Assembly: GCF_009914755.1 (NCBI RefSeq) | Contig: NC_060929.1 | Length of the DNA stretch: 64,000 nt | Reading direction: 5' to 3' (one strand) | Source of the DNA: the human T2T-CHM13v2.0 reference genome, Homo sapiens | Shown here: positions 42,865 to 56,702 of the stretch, piece by piece | How positions within the stretch are numbered: the stretch's first letter is position 1 | Layout: every line of letters starts with the position of its first letter | Made by a program: the position numbers and the translations under genes | The notes under the pieces: model-generated | What the model was told of the DNA's origin: nothing | The model's input: only the letters and a program-made list of their open reading frames with translations | Database searches by the model: none

Positions 42865-43560
42865 AATTCATTCATTCCTTCATCTAATATTTGTAAATGC
42901 CTCCTGTTCACAGTACTATTGATACAATAGTGAACAAAATAAAATAAGGCACTGCAGTGGCTGAAAGTGCAAAGAATAAGTAAGTTACTAAATAAATAGC
43001 GTAATTTCAACAGTGATAAGTGAAATTTAGAAAAAGGATAAGGGGACGGTGGAGGCTGGGAAGAGAGTCTGGGACATTTGGTTACATTTTCAAAGAGGGC
43101 ATGTCTAAGGAGCTGTCTCCTGAACAGATGTGAATAATCTGAGTCCTAGGGAGAAAAAAAAAACAACAAGTACAGAAGCTTTGAGCTGGACATGAAAGTG
43201 TCATAATGGGAGGATGGCTGATGCTGAGTCACTGACAGTCAGTGGCAGGACTGGAGACCAGAGAAGTAGGCAGGGCCACTCCACATGGGACCTCAAGAGC
43301 CATGGTCTGGGTTTTAGTTGAGGTGTAATAGGAGATATTTGAGCAGGGGAGTGACTTGGTTTGATTTACATTTTTAGAGGACCACCTGGTTATCATGAAT
43401 AGAGAACGAATTTAGGGGTAGGCAAAGTGAAACCACAGAGAAAAGTTAGAAGAGTTCTTGGAGTAAGATGACAGAGGCTTGAGTGAGGGTGATGACAGTG
43501 ATGAAAAATGGTGAGAAGTGGTTGGCTTAATATTCTACTCTAAAGGTAGAACCAACAAAT
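42865..43560 (-). mobile_element. L2 remnant
   Basis: attcattcattc tail, gatacaatagtgaacaaaa, tttgagcaggggagtgac, gtgagaagtggttgg...aaaggtagaacca. Confidence 0.7.
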
Positions 43561-43794
43561 ATGCACAGCTAATATACAGTTAGCTGGGACTCGATCCCAG
43601 TATCTGTTGAAAACAATGCCTGTCCACCTCTTACCTTGACTGTGTCATTACTAAATATCCAAGTAAATTTAATCTATATATTTCAGGATTGATAGACTTC
43701 ACAACTTTAAAACAGTGAGAAGGCAGCTTCGACAGAGCCATCTGCATTCAATATTGAAAGTGCTTCATAGTTCCCATATTATAACATCTGGGTG

Positions 43795-44095
43795 GGCCAG
43801 GCACAGCGGCTCACGCCTGTAATCCCAGCACTTTGGGAGGCCGAGGCAGGCAGATCACGAGGTCAGGAGATCGAGCCCATCCTGGCTAACACTGTGAAAC
43901 CCCGTCTCTACTAAAAATACAAAAAAATTAGCCAGGCATGGTGACAGGCGCCTGTAGTCCCAGCTACTCGGGAGGCTGAGGCAGGAGAATGGCATGAACC
44001 TGGGAGGCGGAGCTTGCAGTGAGCCTAGATCACGCCACTACACTCCAGCCTGGGTGACAGAGTGAGACTCCACCTCAAAAATAAAAACAAAAAAC
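43795..44095 (+). mobile_element. AluY/AluSc8-type element
   Basis: ggagaatggcatgaacctgggaggcggagcttgcagtg; 13-bp TSD ataacatctgggt at 43781-43793 and 44096-44108. Confidence 0.94.
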
Positions 44096-44954
44096 ATAAC
44101 ATCTGGGTTTACCAGCAGCTCAGGTTATTTTGATTATTCTTTTGGATTGATTGCATATTTATCTATCTAATCACTGAAATTATGTCTTTGTAAAACTCTG
44201 ACATAGACAGCTTCCAAGTCTCCTCATGTTATAGATTTATGGATCTGGTTTCCTGCTTTAGCAAATGCAACCTAGTGACAGTTGTTGATTCTCTCTGATG
44301 GATCAGATGTCTTCACGGCCCACGGCACATCACTATGAACATTAATTCTTCATTATGTGTAGCTGTTCATTTAGACATGTGAAAGTGCAGCCATGGGGAA
44401 GACTGTACTGAAATCTAATTATGCTATCTTTTTAAATTTCCCCAATCTCTCTTTTTATCCTAAAATCAGGGGCCAAATATTTCCTGTCTAATCAATTAAG
44501 TGGATTCCAGGTCACTGAGACTTTGGAGTACATTTTTTTATTTCTCCTAACATTAAATAACTTGATAAGTAATGTTTCCTAAGCAGCTTACATTAACCTT
44601 CTTAAAAGGAGATAGAACAGTACAGTAAGTGAGGGTTTTCAAGGCTGACAAGAGGTGAATTTGGACTTAGTTCTGCCAGTTAGTTAATAATGATGTAACT
44701 TGAGGTAAATTAACTTTCTGAGCTTCAATTTCCCCATTTGTAAAGTGGGTTAATAATAACTATGATCTCGGCATGGTAATAGAATTGAATGAAATGCCAT
44801 ATACACAATTATGGTTGAAAATCAGTTAGCATGGGCTCTGGCCTGCCATAATTTCTTATAAATTTTATTTGGGGCTCCCTTTTCTGCTCTCTGAGAACTT
44901 CTCAAGTTTTAAGTTTTTAATTTTTTCATTCTTTGTTCTTCACTTTCTCCCTTT

Positions 44955-45325
44955 ATGACTCTGCTAGGGCTGCCATAACAAAGTACCACAGGCTGATGGT
45001 TTTAACAACAGAAACTTATCTTCCCAAAGTTATGAATGCTAGAAGTCTGAGATCAGGGTGTCAGCAGGCTTGGTTTCTTCTGAATCCTCTCTCCTTGGTA
45101 TATAGATCAAACTCCCCTAATCCTTGTGTCCTCACATGGTCTTCCCTCTGTGCGTGTCTGTGTCCTAATCTATTCTTCTTATAAAACTCCCCAGTCAGAG
45201 TGGATTAGGGCCCATCCTAATGACCTCATTTAACTTAATTACCTCTCTGAAGACCCTGCCTCCAATACAGTCATGTTGTAAGGTACTGAGGGTTAAGACT
45301 TTAATTACTGGGTAGGGGACATAAT
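44955..45325 (-). mobile_element. MLT1 (A-D type) MaLR solo LTR
   Basis: tagggctgccataacaaagtaccacag...ggattagggcccatcctaatgacctcattttaacttaattacctc. Confidence 0.85.
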
Positions 45326-46896
45326 TCACTCTCCCCCTCACTCTCTGCCTTCCTCAACAAAATTACGAGAAAAGCACTATAACTTCTCATAACAAAAGTT
45401 ATCAGAAGAGCAAGGAAAAATGAGTCCTATGCCTCATACTTTTTTAAACCTATTTTACCGTATGACCTTGGCAAATTATTTTCCCTTTTTGATCCACATT
45501 TTCTCAATCATTCAAATGAAGGGGTTGGAATAACAGGTCCCTTTTCTCTTCCTGCCCCTAGCCAAGCAAGGCTGTTTTTTCCCACAATTTCTCATAGCAA
45601 AAAGGGTTCTGAGATAGAGCATGCAATGAAGTAAGTGAAATGAAAAGGAAACAAACAGAACATACCTTCTTTGTGGAATAAACCCAGGATGAAGTCCCTA
45701 GAAGCAGATTATATTCAATTGCCTTAAAACCCTCTAAGTTTTCTGAGGCCCTTTCTCTCTATAAGGCCATAATTTAAACCAATTTAATTGGATAAACCAA
45801 AAACCCCACTATGAATTTATCAATATCCCCAAACAAAGTAATCTCATCAAGATTTGAGGCACAGATTCGCTTTGCGGGAAAAAGTGCATGATTTCAAATA
45901 AAGGTCTCCTTGAAAGAATTAAGTGGAAAAAAGTTTTAAAAACAAACACACATACACACAGAAAATGTAAAATTAAAACCAGCTTCCAAGCTTATAGGTT
46001 GAGCCAGTAAGGAGTGGGGAAGAACTGGCCATGTTTCCTCTCCAGCTGCGTAGCTTCAGGTCCCAAGACACAGTGTACCTCTACAAATGTCAACAGCCTC
46101 AGCAAGACAGGGAGGAAGGCAAAGGTGGCGGTGAGAAAACAAATGTGCTCATTCAAGAGCGGGAGGAAATGAGAGAAAGCAGAGTTTTCCATGTAAAATG
46201 GCACAACTAATGAAGGAATGAGTGGTGACAAGAATATAAGGCTAAGAGTAAAGACACTGGGATTTCAATCTGTAGTCTGATACTCGTGAGCTGAGTGACT
46301 TCGGGAAGATTACTCAACCTCTCATCCTGAGGCAGTTTTTAGTTTGGCTTCAACTAAAAAACAACCGACAATAAATCTGTCATTTCATTTTTGTTGTTAA
46401 TGCAAAGATCTCGGAAAAAATCAAAACAATGCAAAAAAAATGAGATTCATTTAACTAGATTTTCCAAGGAATGTAATAATATATAGCTATTAAAAATTAA
46501 ATTATGGAAGGATATTTAAAACATGGAAAGATGTCGTAATATATTGTGCAATGAAAAGTAAGGCATAAAACAGCGTAAACAATATGTGGAATCATTTTAA
46601 TAAATGGCAAATATAGTCAAAAAAAAAAAATCTAGATGGGTATACTGAAAGTTTACAGTGGTTCTCTCCGAGTAATTTCATTGTAGCTTATTTTTATTGT
46701 CCTTATTGTTTGTGATTTTGGTAAATTTTTCTACAACCAGCATACTTATTTTGTAATGGAAAAAAAGCCTTAGTTAATTTTAAAATCCTTGTGTCCCACA
46801 GTAAAACAGATAGTAGCAAAAACACTAATTAGGTGGGTACCACTTGGGTGTTGGTTTTATTATTCATAAGATGGGGCATTAGACTTAAAAAAAATA

Positions 46897-47402
46897 TTGA
46901 CCCAGCAATCCCATTACTGGGTATATACCCAAAGAAATATAAATCATCCTACTATAAAGACACATGCACACGTATGTTTATTGCAGCACTATTTACAATA
47001 GCAAAGACATAGAACCAATGATAGACTGGATAAAGAAAATGTGGTACATATACACCATGGAATACTATGCAGCCATAAAAAGGAATGAGATCATGTCCTT
47101 TGCAGGGACATGGATGAAGCTAGAAGCCATCGTTCTCAGCAAGCTAACACAGGAACAGAAAACCAGACACCGCATGTTCTCACTTATAAGTGAGAGTTGA
47201 ACATTGAGAACACATGGACACAGAGAGGAGAACAACACACACCAGGGCCTGTTGGGGGTTGGGGGGGTGATGGGAGGGAACTCAGAGGATGGGTCAATAG
47301 GTGCAGCCAACCACCACGGCACATGTATACCTATGTAACAAACCTGCACGTTCTGCACATGTATCCCGTTTTTTTTTTTTTAAGGAGAGATAAAGAAAAA
47401 AG
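46897..47402 (+). mobile_element. L1PA8-like 3'-end fragment
   Basis: ttgacccagcaatcccattactgggtatataccc...; 3' end gtatcccgttttttt...agataaagaaaaa recalled as L1PA8-type. Confidence 0.9.
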
Positions 47403-47929
47403 TTATCTCCATGGAGACTCTGAAAGTATGAATTTTACAGAGCCATAGTAAGTCAAACCTCAAAAGAATCTTACTTAAGATATATTTAAGAGAATGGGGC
47501 ATGCAGTGTGGAGTATGAAATGAGAAGGTGGCATTTAAATTCACGTTAGGAAGAATCCCTAATTGGTAGTTTTGCTAATTCAATGCAAAGATGCTGAGAG
47601 TGGTGGGAATCTCCCTGGCAAGTTGTTTGTGTAAGTATAACAGTGTGGAGCAGCTTTGGACATGCCAGAAACAAAGCCGCTCTTAACAGGAGGGCTAGAG
47701 GGCTTCCTGATGCCAAGCAGTGCTAAGGAGTCCATCCCCCTTGCAGAAGAGGGGCACCAACTGTTTTCCATGTCCCCCATAACCTACACCACTCATACCT
47801 TATAGGAAACAGGTGCAGAGAAGGACTTACCCCTGGACTTGAAGTAAGTGAACTCCAATTGGAATCAAAGTCTTGTGACTCCAGAGGTGGGAGAGGGATA
47901 AGTTATTATCCCTCCGGAGGGATAATTTA

Positions 47930-48190
47930 AGGTAGCACCATACCGTGGGGTTAAGAATGGGGGCTCTAAGTCACATAAACTTAAGTTTGAATTTTGGTTC
48001 CATCATTTAAGCCTTGTGTGATATTAGGCAAATTACTTAATCTCTCTAAATTTCCTCATCAATAAAATGGAAAGAAAGACCTGGTGAAAAATCTATCTAC
48101 CTAATTAAGTTGTTTTGATAATTAAGTGAGATAATGAATAAAAAGCACTTTACACAGGGTACAATAAATGTGAATTATTCTTATTATTAA
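47930..48190 (+). mobile_element. MIR remnant
   Basis: ggtagcaccataccgtggggttaagaatgggggctct...ttaggcaaattacttaatctctct...attaagtgagataat. Confidence 0.75.
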
Positions 48191-51100
48191 ACTAACTTTT
48201 GCCAGAGCTTATGGTCAATAAATATCTTTTATGCAATAAAAAATAGCAAAATGCTTTTATCATACCTGATTATATTATATATGACACTCTTATAACACAC
48301 ATAGTTCTTCAAACACTTTCTAATCAAAGGTTTTTGGTTCCATGAATATACTTTGATTCTCCCATTTTGTCCTCCCTTTAAAAGGCTCTAGTGATTACCA
48401 TTACACATAAACCTATTGAAACCATAAACTCTCTGGTTTGTACCCAGAGATAAGCCTGGTAAAATCTGTGTTAACTGGCCCCACCCCTCAAACCAAAGAA
48501 TTACATTTAGAATAAAAACGAGTAATAAGAATAGCTCCAAATGTAGCTCAGAGAAAGCTGACAGGTGCAGTGGGGTAAGAGACTAAAAATCTTTTGAAAC
48601 ACACAGACACAAAACCATTCCATGTAAATGTCCAGCCCTAATAGGGAAACAAAAAGAACTATGAGCTGCTTCTTAACCAATACTTCCAAAATACCAAGTT
48701 TGCTTTACAAATGCAGATTGGTCTATCTAGTTGCTGCTAATAACTCTAATGACTTTGTAGTTTATGTGCAAAGGCAGAAAGAGACCTCAATTAAGATCTA
48801 TGTTGTATTCTGGTTCAAAGAGTCATGGTGACAGTTTCCTCTATATGAAAGACGACATAAAGGTCTGCATTAATTCTTTCAAATCATTTGCAGTAAGAGA
48901 AATGATGTCTTTGTTGCAGGCAATAAGTATCCAGGTAGGCCCCTGAAACAAGCTCAGAATGAGCCCAGATGCAGAAGCTGGAAGAAAAAGAGGACTGGAG
49001 GCCAGACAAGAAAGAAGTCCAAGTGATGGATGGACTTTCTGGCACATGTGCCCAGGTCAGGCCCTGCATTACAATGACTTGCTTGTTCTGCTAAAGAGCT
49101 GTCATGTTTCTCTTGGCCCAGTGATCCTATGCCTTAAGAGTCTGGCCTTATTTAGAAGTTAATATTCTAGAAAGATGTCAAAGGGAAGCTTATGTACAAG
49201 AACAAATTGGTACACTTTCAGGTGATCTTCTCTCTTGAAATCATTCCTGTAGGTAAGTGTTAAATATATCCACTCATTCAGCAAATACAGAGGGCCTAAT
49301 ATGTGACAACCAAAGATTAAGTGCTGGAGATTCAGTGGTAACAAAACAAAAACCATCCCTATCCTCATGGCATGTACATGGCATGATTGGGCCTTTGGGG
49401 GTAGATTATTTCCATTGGATGGCAGCCATCATATTTAAAATATTAGCAAGAGCAGCTGAAAAAAGAGCCTGGTGAGCAGATACAGACTCCGAGTTGTTTT
49501 TGGTTTGTTTTCTTGTTTGTTTGGCCAGTCTAGATTTTGGGCAATTATCGCCTTCATGCCCTTATCAATAGTAGCCTTATCCTAAAGAAAGACTGTATGT
49601 GACAGCAAATGAATCATGATATCACTTTAATAATGTTCATCTGAATTAATACTAACGCTCTACTAGGCAGAGGATCTCAGTCATCATTATTCCATTTCTC
49701 CTCTGCACAAAATCTATTAATTAAGTCTACTCCCTGAATGAGAAAAAGACTGGGATTTTAAGTGTAAAAAGCAACCAAAGCCGCTTATATCCAACACAGA
49801 TGTTGGCTGGTCCCTCTGAGTTTCAGCCAACAATGGTCGCTCTCATCCACTTTCTCCCTACTCTCTTTTCCCTCACAGGAAGGCCTTAGAACTCCTCTCT
49901 GTGAATTTGGAACAAAGTGAGGAGGGGCTGGCTCACAGGGTCATTTGCACTGGCAGGGACCTCAAGGATCATCTGGTTCAATGCCCTCATTTTACTGATG
50001 CAGAATCTGAGAGGGATAATAAGGGTTTGCCCAAAGTGACAAGTAAATTAGAGGCAAAGGCAGGCCTGAAGCACAGTGTGCTGATACTCCCTCCAGGGTT
50101 CGCTTCCTTATTCCGCATCCAAGAACAAGATGGTTCTTTTGCTCTTCTAGTCCGAGGAACTCTTCTCTTAAAAAATAAAATCTCGTTTTACCCTTAAAAT
50201 CTCATTGTCCAGCACTTCCAGAGAAAAGAAATAGTAATTAGGCCATGAGAAATGTTGTCCTTGAATTCCAGATGTTCCAAATGGGTTCCTGGACCATTCT
50301 ACTGTGGAGCTTCCCCATCTAGCTTAAAGTGCTGGGTGTGTCCTGTTAATGTTTCTCCGCGTGACTGAAGGGAAACAGACAGCCTGGCTATGTCTGGGAA
50401 GAAGACAGGGATAGAGAGTGAGAAAGGGCCTTAGACCCAGATCTGCTCTGAAGCAAGGCAGAAAAACAGCATCTGCTTTTCCACCCTGTACTCATACATG
50501 CTCCTGGGCAAAAGCCAGAAGCTAACTCAGACAGCTGGCAGAAGCAATGCATGAACCACTGTCAAGAGGACACACAACTCACTTGTTGTTCCAATAGTGA
50601 TGTGACAGGGTTGGCCAGACCATCCCCAATCCTTCCACCCTGTGAATACTGACCCACATTTAGGAGCTAACAGGTGTGGACAGCTGGAGATAATGGCTAA
50701 TGGCGGGAGGAGGTAGTCACCTGTGCCTATGGAACTACTGCTTTCTTGCCTATGAAACGAATTCACCTTTGCAGGGATCAATCCCAGGATCTTGCTTTTT
50801 CAGCTCTGTGACTTTAGCCAAATTACTTAGTTTCTCTGAGCCTCTCTCCAGAATGCAAAATGATGGTTAATAACTGTAGCTATAAGAGTTGCTGTGAGTT
50901 AAATGAGATAATCCATGTAGCTTTTACTAAGACAGTTAACAATAATAGCTCCACCATGCTTAGTCCCATATTTCTTACCACTGTGTTCCCTACAATCTAA
51001 TTAACAGAAGAAAGTTCCTCAAGAAAAGTAGTTTTTATACTGGGCTTCATGTAGGGACTGGAACCAAAAGAAGAGGCCAAATTGAGAGGTTCATTCTATT

Positions 51101-51363
51101 CCACCAAACTAGCTTTGGCTTTTTTTGAGGGATGGGAGGATACCTGTGTTTCGTATATTGAAATAGGCATATGTTGATGAAAGAGGGACTTCACAGCAAA
51201 AGGAGTCTGAAAATACAGGAGTCGATTTCTCTGGGTTTTCCAAGGTCTTTCTTATTTGTTTCTCATTTGCCTAGAGAAAGTGGGAGAAAAGGCAAAGTTG
51301 AGCATTGATTTGAGGAGGGAGTAACCAGGGAGCAGTTCGCCTCTCCTATTAACATCCATCACA

Positions 51364-51640
51364 GGCCAGGTGCGGTGGCTCACGCCTGTAATCCCAGCAC
51401 TTTGGGAGGCTGAGGCAGGTGGATCACCTGAGGTCGGGAGTTCGAGACCAGCCTGACCAACATGGAGAAACCCTGTCTCTACTAAAAATACAAAATCAGC
51501 TGGGCATGGTGGCACATGTCTGTAATCCCAGCTACTCAGGAGGCGGAGGTTGCCGTGAGCTGAGATCGCGCCACTGCACTCCAGCCTGGGCAACAAGAGC
51601 AAACCTCCGTCTCAAAAAACAAAAGACAAACAAACAAACA
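51364..51640 (+). mobile_element. AluSp with internal right-arm deletion
   Basis: gtcgggagttcgagaccagcctgaccaacatggagaaa; TSD atccatcaca at 51354-51363 and 51646-51655. Confidence 0.92.
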
Positions 51641-53849
51641 CATATATCCATCACAAGAGGTAATGACATATTCAAATTTCCTGTCTCCTTCTGATTAGAT
51701 GCACTGATTTCATCAAAGGATGAAAACATTTACACCTTAGAGACTCATTCCTACTACTGTAAACATTTTGCCGTTTTTCAAATGTAATAAGCAAACACAA
51801 ATGGCCCTATAAAATATGTCAATAGGTAAAGAACAGAGGGCCCATTAGGACAGGAGGGGTTTTTTTTTCTTTTGGTTGTTGTTCTTTTCAAATTTAGTTT
51901 TATTTTTTTCCAACTGAAGAAAAAAGAGCAGACAAGCCACTAAAAAACGAGTTATGAAGAAACAGCTGAAAGGATCTTCATAACATGTGTCACTCTAGGC
52001 TAGAAGGTGATCAGGACTAAAAAATGATACAGAGTTCAATTAATTTAGGAAAATGCCCTCTATTCAGGTTAAGGGAGAGTCTCTGTATCAAAAGTTCAAA
52101 GGCGGTCTAATGGCCTGTGTCGGACTGTCAGAGATGACAAGCATAAAATTCTTAGGAACACTGTAACGTAACTAAACAACAACAAAAAAGTTTTTATATA
52201 ACGCTGTTTATTTTTGTTTTGGAAAACTCTTATTTTTACAAAATCATTTCCTAAGTAGTCTCTTTCTAAACCAGACCATTGTCAAGTCTTCTTTTATTAA
52301 TTTCCACATTCCAAAGTAGTTGAGATTTTATAAATATAAATCAGCATCTGCTCTCTTGAACACATCCAGAGTTCACAGACCACTTTCATGGCCACTATTT
52401 GAGCCTCTTAGTAGCTCAGTGCAATAAGCAGGAAGGTTTTTTATTTACAAACTGAGGGTCTTGCCACATAGACTTGAATTCTCTCAGGAAATCTATTTCT
52501 TCAGAATTCCTCCCAATGCCCAGCTGGCTTGGTCACAGCTACTAATGTTCAGGGCTCTTTCTATACCTGAGGCCTTCTCCTAGTATTTGAGGAAAAGGAA
52601 TAACCTGGCTAAGAATCAGCACATACCTGCTCAAAATTTAAAATAACAAATGAACACTTTAGGCAGGGCTGAGACTGGGCTGAGACTTCCATGATCAGAT
52701 ATCTAAGATGCTTTCCATTCTTAAGTGTTTGCTATTTTTCTTCTGTCTTTGACTCTGGAATTCCCCTTTCAAGATGCCTTGCACAGAGAGAGCTGGTTTT
52801 CTGTGACTCCTCTTCTTTTGGTTTCCTCAACTCTAGTTCTCCATCTCCTAATATTTTCCTCTAATTCTTAAATGACACCCATTGAAGCAAGAGGAATGTG
52901 TAGATCCAAAGGTCGGATTGCATTTGTCCCTTCTTCTAGCTCTAGTCTAGTTCTAGGCCCCCAGCTTAACTGCTGCAGAGATCTGGGTGTTACTCCAGTT
53001 CATAAGGTCCCTTCACTTCTCCGAAAAAGAAAATAAATTCCAGTGGCACCTACTACACTCACAATCACACCCTTTCAAGGGAGATCACAGAGCTCTGACT
53101 ACACGCCCTAGACCGAACTTTGCAAGTTGTATTCCTAACTGGGGATACGTCTTCCAGCAATTCCCAAATACCACACACACAACCAAACTTTCAATGCAAA
53201 ACAAATGCATTATCTGCAAGACAATGTTTACAGAAATCCAATCAGTGGTTGGAAAAGACCAGTTCTCTATAATTTGTCTCCTAGAGGGAATTCTGGAGCT
53301 GTTTCCACAACTTTCAACATCTCAGCTGCACGTGCCTCCAAGAGGCAGCTGCTGCACCATGGCAGCCTCAGCTTTGAAGCTGGACAAGGCCTAGCTTTGA
53401 TTGCTAGCTTTGCCCCAATATTCTCACCAGGCAACTCTAAATAACTGACTTCACCTAACCATATTTCAATGTCCTTCCTTAACTGGGAAATGATTATCTG
53501 TGGAGGTTCTAATATGAAAATACATATAAAACACTGGAACCTAAGTGCCTAAGTATTAGGACCTGGCCCATTCCTGTGGTCAGCTTCAAGTTGTAACGTA
53601 TGTCAGAGGAAAACAATAACTGTAACTTATCAAAAGTTCCTACCTGTAGAATTGATGGTGACTACTATTTCAAAAACGTGTTCTTATATGTACTTAATAT
53701 AAAAGGTAGGAAAGACCATGTTGTGGGATTTGTTGACAGTGACAAGAAAAATATGCCTCCCAGCAGTGCAGATGGTCTGGAAACCATTTGCCCTACCAAT
53801 GTCAAGTAACAGCAATGGTAGAGAGGCAGAGGCGGAGACACCAAAAAGA

Positions 53850-54110
53850 GTGTGATGGTGAGGGACATGCATTTTAATTTCAGTTGGGTATGTAGGTTTA
53901 AGTCTGGCCTCCAACACTTACTAAATCTCTGACCCTGAGCAAATTATTTTTTATTTTCTAAGATTTTTTTAACTTGTAAAATAGGGGTAACTATAGTCCC
54001 TCTCAGACAGTATTGACTGAGTCAAGGATTCAACGAAACAAGGCATGTAAGGCATAAAAAAACATAATACCTGACAAAATAAACACTCAACAGGTATGGG
54101 CTATTATTAG
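53850..54110 (+). mobile_element. MIR remnant
   Basis: tgaccctgagcaaattatt...tgtaaaataggggtaactatagtccc...cactcaacaggtatgggctattatt. Confidence 0.6.
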
Positions 54111-56211
54111 GAACAATTTTAAATCAATTCATCCATTTAAGTGATAATCATTATGTATCTGTAAACCAGGCCCATCGCGAGACAGTGAAGATCCCTTGCT
54201 GTGATCTGTCGAACCCCCAAAACTGCCAGTCTCTGATAATTAGAAGCAAGGCTTGTGTTGAGGTAGAACAGATAATCCACATAGCTGCCCTGAGAGGGGA
54301 CAATGAAGATCTGAAGTCTTGGGAGCTACTCGGGAGAAAGGTAGCTACTCCGAGCCAACTCCAACAGGGACACAGAAATCTCCCCCTCATTTCCAGCCCT
54401 ACCACAGGAAACCAATAAAACAAGGATAGTAAGAATGCCTTAATCTCAGGAGGGCAATAAAAATAGGTGGAAGGAGGAAAAAACAAAACAAAACAAAAAC
54501 AACCAATCCTATCTTGGACCCAAAACAGTGGTAGAAAGTAGTTCCCAGGAAGGCAAAGGGTACCAGGCCAAGAAAGACTGCCCCCACTAGTCCTCAGATT
54601 GTAGTGACACTTCAGCTACTGGGTGGGGCTGCCTTCACAGAAAGGAATAGAGGTGGCATAGAAAATTCAATTCAAATTCCATGTTACCATTTTTAAAATG
54701 TACTAGAATTGATGGTAGGGGGTATATGTTATACTTAGATCTTTAATCATATTTGCTGCACATGAATATCTATGTCTACATTGTTATATTTACAACTATA
54801 TCTAGAAAAGGTACCTCAACCTTCACAGTATATAGACAACTATAATCTTCTATAGACATGCAAACATACATAAATATTTTATTCTAAAATAGATTCCTTG
54901 TTCATGGAAATGCAAAAACGAAGCATGAGAAAATTTACAAATGGATTCCTTATCCCCAAAGACCAACATCCGCCTCCTGCCATGCCCTTCCTTTTCATCC
55001 CCTTGGTTGTTAAAACCAATGAATTCAAGGCAGCCTGGTTTGAAGAAATTCACAACCACTGTCTACTCCTGTTAACAGCTGCTGGAGATACAGCCCCAGC
55101 TTCAAGGCAGAGGCTGCTATGCAGCACCACGCCCCACACACAGAGAGAAAGGATGGAAGCCGCACTGAAAATGAAGGATGTACCCCAGGGAAGATCATTC
55201 AACCAGAGACAAAAGGGAATCCACTGCAAATCTGGTCCTGGGATTGGGGCACAACCACATTTACTGGAGCTCCTAAGGCAAGTTATCAATGCTGAATTTC
55301 CTTATCTTTCCTTAAAGGTGGCTTAAATGATACCTAGAAGAATGGGTGTGGCTCTCAATGTCATGTCACAGGCTGAGTCCAGAAGAAGAACCACTGCAGT
55401 CTAGGAGGGAAAAAAAATATCGGTTCTCTGCCTATCCCAAACAGGAAAACTAGCAAATATATACTGGATGTTAAAGCAAGTGGCAGATACATGTGGCATA
55501 CCTCCAGCATAGAATAGCATGAGAGCTGTGGTTCAATCTCCTGAGTTGGGGAGATAAGTAAAAATTGAGCTTTTGTCCCAATCAGCTTTTTCTCTTTCTT
55601 TTTTTCTTTTTTCTTTCTTTCTTTCTTTTTTTGGATGATAATTTCCACAGCTCTTTGGAAAGACAAGACAGTCAGCACTAGACAATACTGTGCATTGTAA
55701 AAGACCCACGATGTTTCTTCAATAATGGAAAGTGAATGCCATCAGGTAGTGGTAAAGGAGGATCGGTTAAAACCCAAAGCCTCTACCAGGCAAAAGGATC
55801 CCTGCTGGCCTCAACTCTTCTCCCTGGGGAGTGTTTCTTCCCCAGCACCAGCTGGGAAGCTGGTAGGGGTGGGGTGCATTTGTGTGAAGTGAAGCTCAGT
55901 TGCATGAAAAAGGTATGGTGCGGCAAAAGAAATAAACCATTTGACAATAAAACATAGTAGGCGCAAGGGAGGCTTCTTCCTGCCTGCAGAGGGGAAGGTT
56001 CTGCATCTCAATCGCAAACGCACAGGATGTTCCAAGCCTAAGGGAACAAGTGCAAACAGACTCATGCCCACAACAAAACCTGGCGGACCCTGCAAATCAA
56101 CTACTGTGGCAGGTAAAGCTCTGCCCTAGGGCGGCTGCAGAGCCTCCCAGGGGCCAGCTGATCACTTCCTTTGTTCAGCTTGCAAAGATGGAGTAGCCAC
56201 CCATTCCCCCA

Positions 56212-56213
<2 letters not shown>

Positions 56214-56245
<32 letters not shown>
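56214..56245. repeat. (AC)16 microsatellite
   Basis: Perfect dinucleotide run. Confidence 0.97.
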
Positions 56246-56246
<1 letters not shown>

Positions 56247-56655
56247 ATCCAATTCACTATAGACAAAGCACAACCGCACTGCTTCGTGCTAAACTAAAAA
56301 ACGTTAGTTTTTATTTATTCTATTTTTGTAAATGACCATCCCAGCCTGCCATATGTGCCTACTATTTGGGGGCATCATTACAGCGCATCACCACGGAATC
56401 CCAGCCTTGCTGGGCGCCGGTGAAGACGCGGCTTCTGTACCTGATAATGGCACGTCCCCTCTCCACCCCGCCCTAGGCACACCCTAGCGCATCTGACACC
56501 CGCCAGTCGCGGTGTCTCCGTCTTGCACACAATGGGTTGAACACTGCATGCATACAGCGTGCGCCCGCGACAGTAAACTAAAATCTGCTCTAAAAACTCG
56601 GCCTTTTCTTTGATGTGAGGGAGAAAAGAAATGAAAAATGTAAAGTGCATCGAAG

Positions 56656-56656
<1 letters not shown>

Positions 56657-56700
<44 letters not shown>
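56657..56700. repeat. (CA)22 microsatellite
   Basis: Perfect dinucleotide run. Confidence 0.97.
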
Positions 56701-56702
<2 letters not shown>

